NCBI GenBank assembly: GCA_963796685.1
Contig: CAWCMR010000008.1
Span: 704,001-768,000, forward strand
Length of the DNA stretch: 64,000 nt
Origin: an uncultured delta proteobacterium
Lineage (GTDB): Bacteria; Myxococcota_A; Polyangia; Fen-1088
Direction of reading: 5' to 3'
In this document: positions 61,009 to 64,000 of the stretch, piece by piece
Layout of the letters: every line of letters begins with the position of its first letter
How positions within the stretch are numbered: the stretch's first letter is position 1
Made by a program: the position numbers and the translations under genes
The notes under the pieces: generated by a model
Told to the model about the DNA's origin: nothing
Seen by the model: the letters and a program-made list of their open reading frames with translations, nothing else
Databases searched by the model: none

Positions 61009-62823
61009 CTAGTTCGGCGTAAAGGCGTAGACTTGGTTGTTCGCGGCCACGAACACCCGACCGTTGGCGACGATGGGCGTTTCGAACTTTTGCACGGACG
61101 ACATGGTGTCAGTGCTTGTCCCACCCGCGAAGAGGGACTGCCCGGTTTCGCCGTCGAGACCGTAGAGCTTGTTGTCGCTGCCCACGATCCACACCACGGC
61201 ATCCGTTCCAGCGGCGTCCGTGGCGCTGACCGCGGGCGAATCCTGGGTCGTCGGACCTCCACACCAGGCCACGGAAGCGGTGGGAGGACTGGCAGCCGCG
61301 ATCTTGAACGCGACCAACCCGCCGGACTGGCCGCTTGGGCAGGATTTTCCCGAGCCTTTGAAAACCACGTAGGTTCCGCTGGGCGTGGTGTAGGCGGCGG
61401 AGGCGTTGATAATCAAGCCGGTCGCGACCGAGGCCAGCACGAGAGGACTGCCGATGCCGCCGAAATTGCCGTGGTCGAGCAGGTAGGCATTGCCGTCCTT
61501 GCCCAGGCCGACGACGAGGGACGAGGGCGTGGCACCCGGCACCTTGACGAGGATGGGCGCGGTCCCGCCGATGTCCGTATCCGCGTCGTCGAGCGCGGCC
61601 CAATTGGTGGGCGTAAAATAGTCCGCGTTCTGTCCGCTGAAGGAGAGCGACGGCGGCAAACGAAAGATGGTCTCGCCATCTTGCCAGGTCGGGGGCGCGG
61701 AAAAGGTGTTGGACTGGTTCTCCGTGTTGCCGGTGGCGAAGATCAGCGACTGGCCGTCCGAGGCAAGACCACCCGGTGCCCAGATACCGCCGGCGATGGC
61801 GCGACTGACCCAGGTGCCGACCTGGGTGGGGTCCGAGGTCGCGATGCCGACGATCCAACCGTGGTACACGCCGCAGTCTCCGACGTGTCCGCCGAAGGGA
61901 ACGAAGACCTTGCCACCGAGCAGGATGAGGGCGCCGCGCTGATTCTCCGCCAGCGAATCGAACGTGGTGGAACCGGACATGGCCGTGCTGTTCAGATCGA
62001 CCGGCCACCCCGATTCGATCGCGCCGGTGCCGGCATCCAGGGCAAAAACCTGATGCTGGGCGGTCGCGTTGGTGCTGGCGATGGTCATGGCGTCCAAGTA
62101 GATCGTGCGCGTGGCCGCGTCGATGACGGGCGTGCCGGTGATCCCGAGGGGATCGATGTTTCCACACCCGTTGCGAAGCGTGGCCAGGCGCGACTTGGGC
62201 AAGGGTGTGCCGAGGCTCTTGTCCCAAACCGCCTTGCCCCCGGTCGCGGCGTCGAAGGCGTAGACGTGATTTTGCTCGGTGGCGACGATGACCAGATCGG
62301 GACCACCGCCTGTGCCCGCGAGATAAAGAGGCTGGGCGTAGGTCGGTCCCGACACCGTGGCACTGGCAAAGGTCGTATCCACGTGCAGCTTCGCAATCGC
62401 GGCTTTGCCGAGGGCGGAATCCACATAGAATCCGTCTCGCGTGGCATCGTTGTGGTGCTGGAGGACAGACACGTGTCCGCTCGAGCCTCCGGTTCCCGAG
62501 CTGTCGGATTGTGCCATGTCCTCCGGGACATCTTGGCCGGCATTCGGCGCCTCGCGACCGGTTTCGGTTGCGCTGGGGCCGCTGTCCTTGCGTGGATTTC
62601 CGTCCGCCTGCCCGTTTGCCAAATCGGGTCCGATGGCGCTCAAATCGGGCCCCCCGGTCGGCGGATCCGGATCCCCCGTCGCATCCTGCAGGGTCGCGGC
62701 GGAGTCGGCACCGGCCTTCTGGGTATCCGCGATGCTCCCATCCACGAATTGCTTGGGGGCATTCGCCGAACGACAACCGCCGCCGGCGAGCACCATGGCC
62801 AAGAGCAAATGTGTACTGCGCAT
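61009..62823 (-). CDS. Secreted PQQ-like beta-propeller lipoprotein
   Basis: LAGGGC lipobox, Asp/Gly linker, VYAFDAATG..W, GITGTPVID, PIVANGRVFVA. Confidence 0.8.
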   Translation of the reverse strand: MRSTHLLLAMVLAGGGCRSANAPKQFVDGSIADTQKAGADSAATLQDATGDPDPPTGGPDLSAIGPDLANGQADGNPRKDSGPSATETGREAPNAGQDVPEDMAQSDSSGTGGSSGHVSVLQHHNDATRDGFYVDSALGKAAIAKLHVDTTFASATVSGPTYAQPLYLAGTGGGPDLVIVATEQNHVYAFDAATGGKAVWDKSLGTPLPKSRLATLRNGCGNIDPLGITGTPVIDAATRTIYLDAMTIASTNATAQHQVFALDAGTGAIESGWPVDLNSTAMSGSTTFDSLAENQRGALILLGGKVFVPFGGHVGDCGVYHGWIVGIATSDPTQVGTWVSRAIAGGIWAPGGLASDGQSLIFATGNTENQSNTFSAPPTWQDGETIFRLPPSLSFSGQNADYFTPTNWAALDDADTDIGGTAPILVKVPGATPSSLVVGLGKDGNAYLLDHGNFGGIGSPLVLASVATGLIINASAAYTTPSGTYVVFKGSGKSCPSGQSGGLVAFKIAAASPPTASVAWCGGPTTQDSPAVSATDAAGTDAVVWIVGSDNKLYGLDGETGQSLFAGGTSTDTMSSVQKFETPIVANGRVFVAANNQVYAFTPN

Positions 62824-63023
62824 GAAGATCTCCCGGCAGCCGTCCAAAGCGGACTCCTGACGTCCGGCTTTGGGTGGGATGCTGGCATTGCGCTATTCGT
62901 CGCAAGGAATCCATCTAACGCACCGGCATGTAAACAACCCGTAACCAATGCCGGCCAGCGCAGAAAGTCTGAATCAACGGATCGCGGGGTGGCATCCAAG
63001 CGAGCCGAAGGAGAGACCCTAGC

Positions 63024-64000
63024 ATGAAGAAGAACATCATCGCTCGCGCGCCAGGTACCGTGTTACTGGCGTTGTTCGTTTCCGTGATGGCCGTGGCCTG
63101 CTCTGACAGCAGTAGCACGGGAAAAATGGATGGCGGCGGCAAGACCGACGTTGCCGGTTCGCCGGAGGTGGGCTTGGCGGATGCGCCGACCGCTGCCGAG
63201 CACCCTGCTGCCGATTCTCAGCCTGCCCGACGCACCGATCGTCGATGCGGGGGTGGCCGATGCCGCAGGCCAGGACGCCAGCATCGTCGACGCCCCGGCC
63301 GTGGACGCTGGCTTGGTGGACGCCGGCCCGGTAGACAGCGGCCAGACGGCCTTGGTGGCGCGCGGCAAGTACATGGTCGAGCACGTCGTTGCCTGCTCGG
63401 ACTGCCACACGCCCAAGCTGCCATCGGGTGCGCCTGACATGACCCACTTCTTGGCGGGCAACCCGACCTTCGTCCAGCTGCCGAATGGCGATGTCCTGCC
63501 CTCGCGCAACCTGACCCCGGACAAAGCCACCGGCCTAGGAAGCTTCACCGCCGCGCAGATCAAGCACATGTTCATGGACGGCATCATCCCCGCCGGCGAC
63601 GGCGGCACCGCGGCGCTCAACTCGGTCATGCCGTACTACGTGTTTCACAACATGGCGTCGGACGATGCCGATGCCATCGTGGCCTACCTCCAGTCGATTC
63701 CTGCCGTGGTCAACGACGTCGGCAAGCGCTCGGCTTCCTTCGATGTCCCGGCCCCGTCGGACTATCTCGATCCGGCGACGATCCCGACGCCGGCGACGAG
63801 CTACCCGCAAAGGGACAGCGCCCTGCGCGGACGCTATCTCGCCACCGAGAGCGGCCTGTGCATCGAGTGTCACACGCCCCACTTGCAAGGTGGAAGCAAG
63901 CCTCTCGATACCAGCAAGTTCTTCCAGGGCGGCGAGGACTTCAGCAGCTTCTTCGCGGGCACCCTCAACATCCACCCGGTGTCCGCCAACCTGACTTCCG
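63024..64000 (+). CDS. Diheme cytochrome c lipoprotein (runs off the window; frameshift near 63228)
   Basis: Lipobox AVAC, DAG-rich linker, RGKY...CSDCHTP...NLTPD...MPY and RGRY...CIECHTP...ANLT. Confidence 0.82.

Overview
High-GC bacterial DNA, most consistent with a myxobacterium (Myxococcota, Polyangia-like): two MYXO-CTERM-type sorting tails, zinc-ribbon/TPR proteins and GH6/GH9 cellulases. The window holds about 55 genes and no rRNA, tRNA, CRISPR array or intact transposase. Housekeeping blocks: an 11-subunit complex I operon (nuoABCDHIJKLMN, no nuoEFG), miaB, tatBC, slyX, an HU-family gene and a 2-oxoacid dehydrogenase cluster in the order E1beta-E2-E1alpha. The most unusual elements are: (1) a sigma54/XylR-controlled operon with an M20 hydrolase, an intact acetate kinase and a catalytically degenerate acetate-kinase paralog; (2) a compact c7 cytochrome / outer-membrane beta-barrel / heme-lipoprotein operon resembling a minimal porin-cytochrome conduit; (3) an internally deleted GxxExxY nuclease relic between 17-bp inverted repeats; (4) a GH9 gene missing most of its catalytic domain; (5) repeated leaderless-type promoters. 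Five single-base frameshifts in otherwise intact genes suggest uncorrected sequencing indels. All family calls come from reading motifs by eye, not from database searches.
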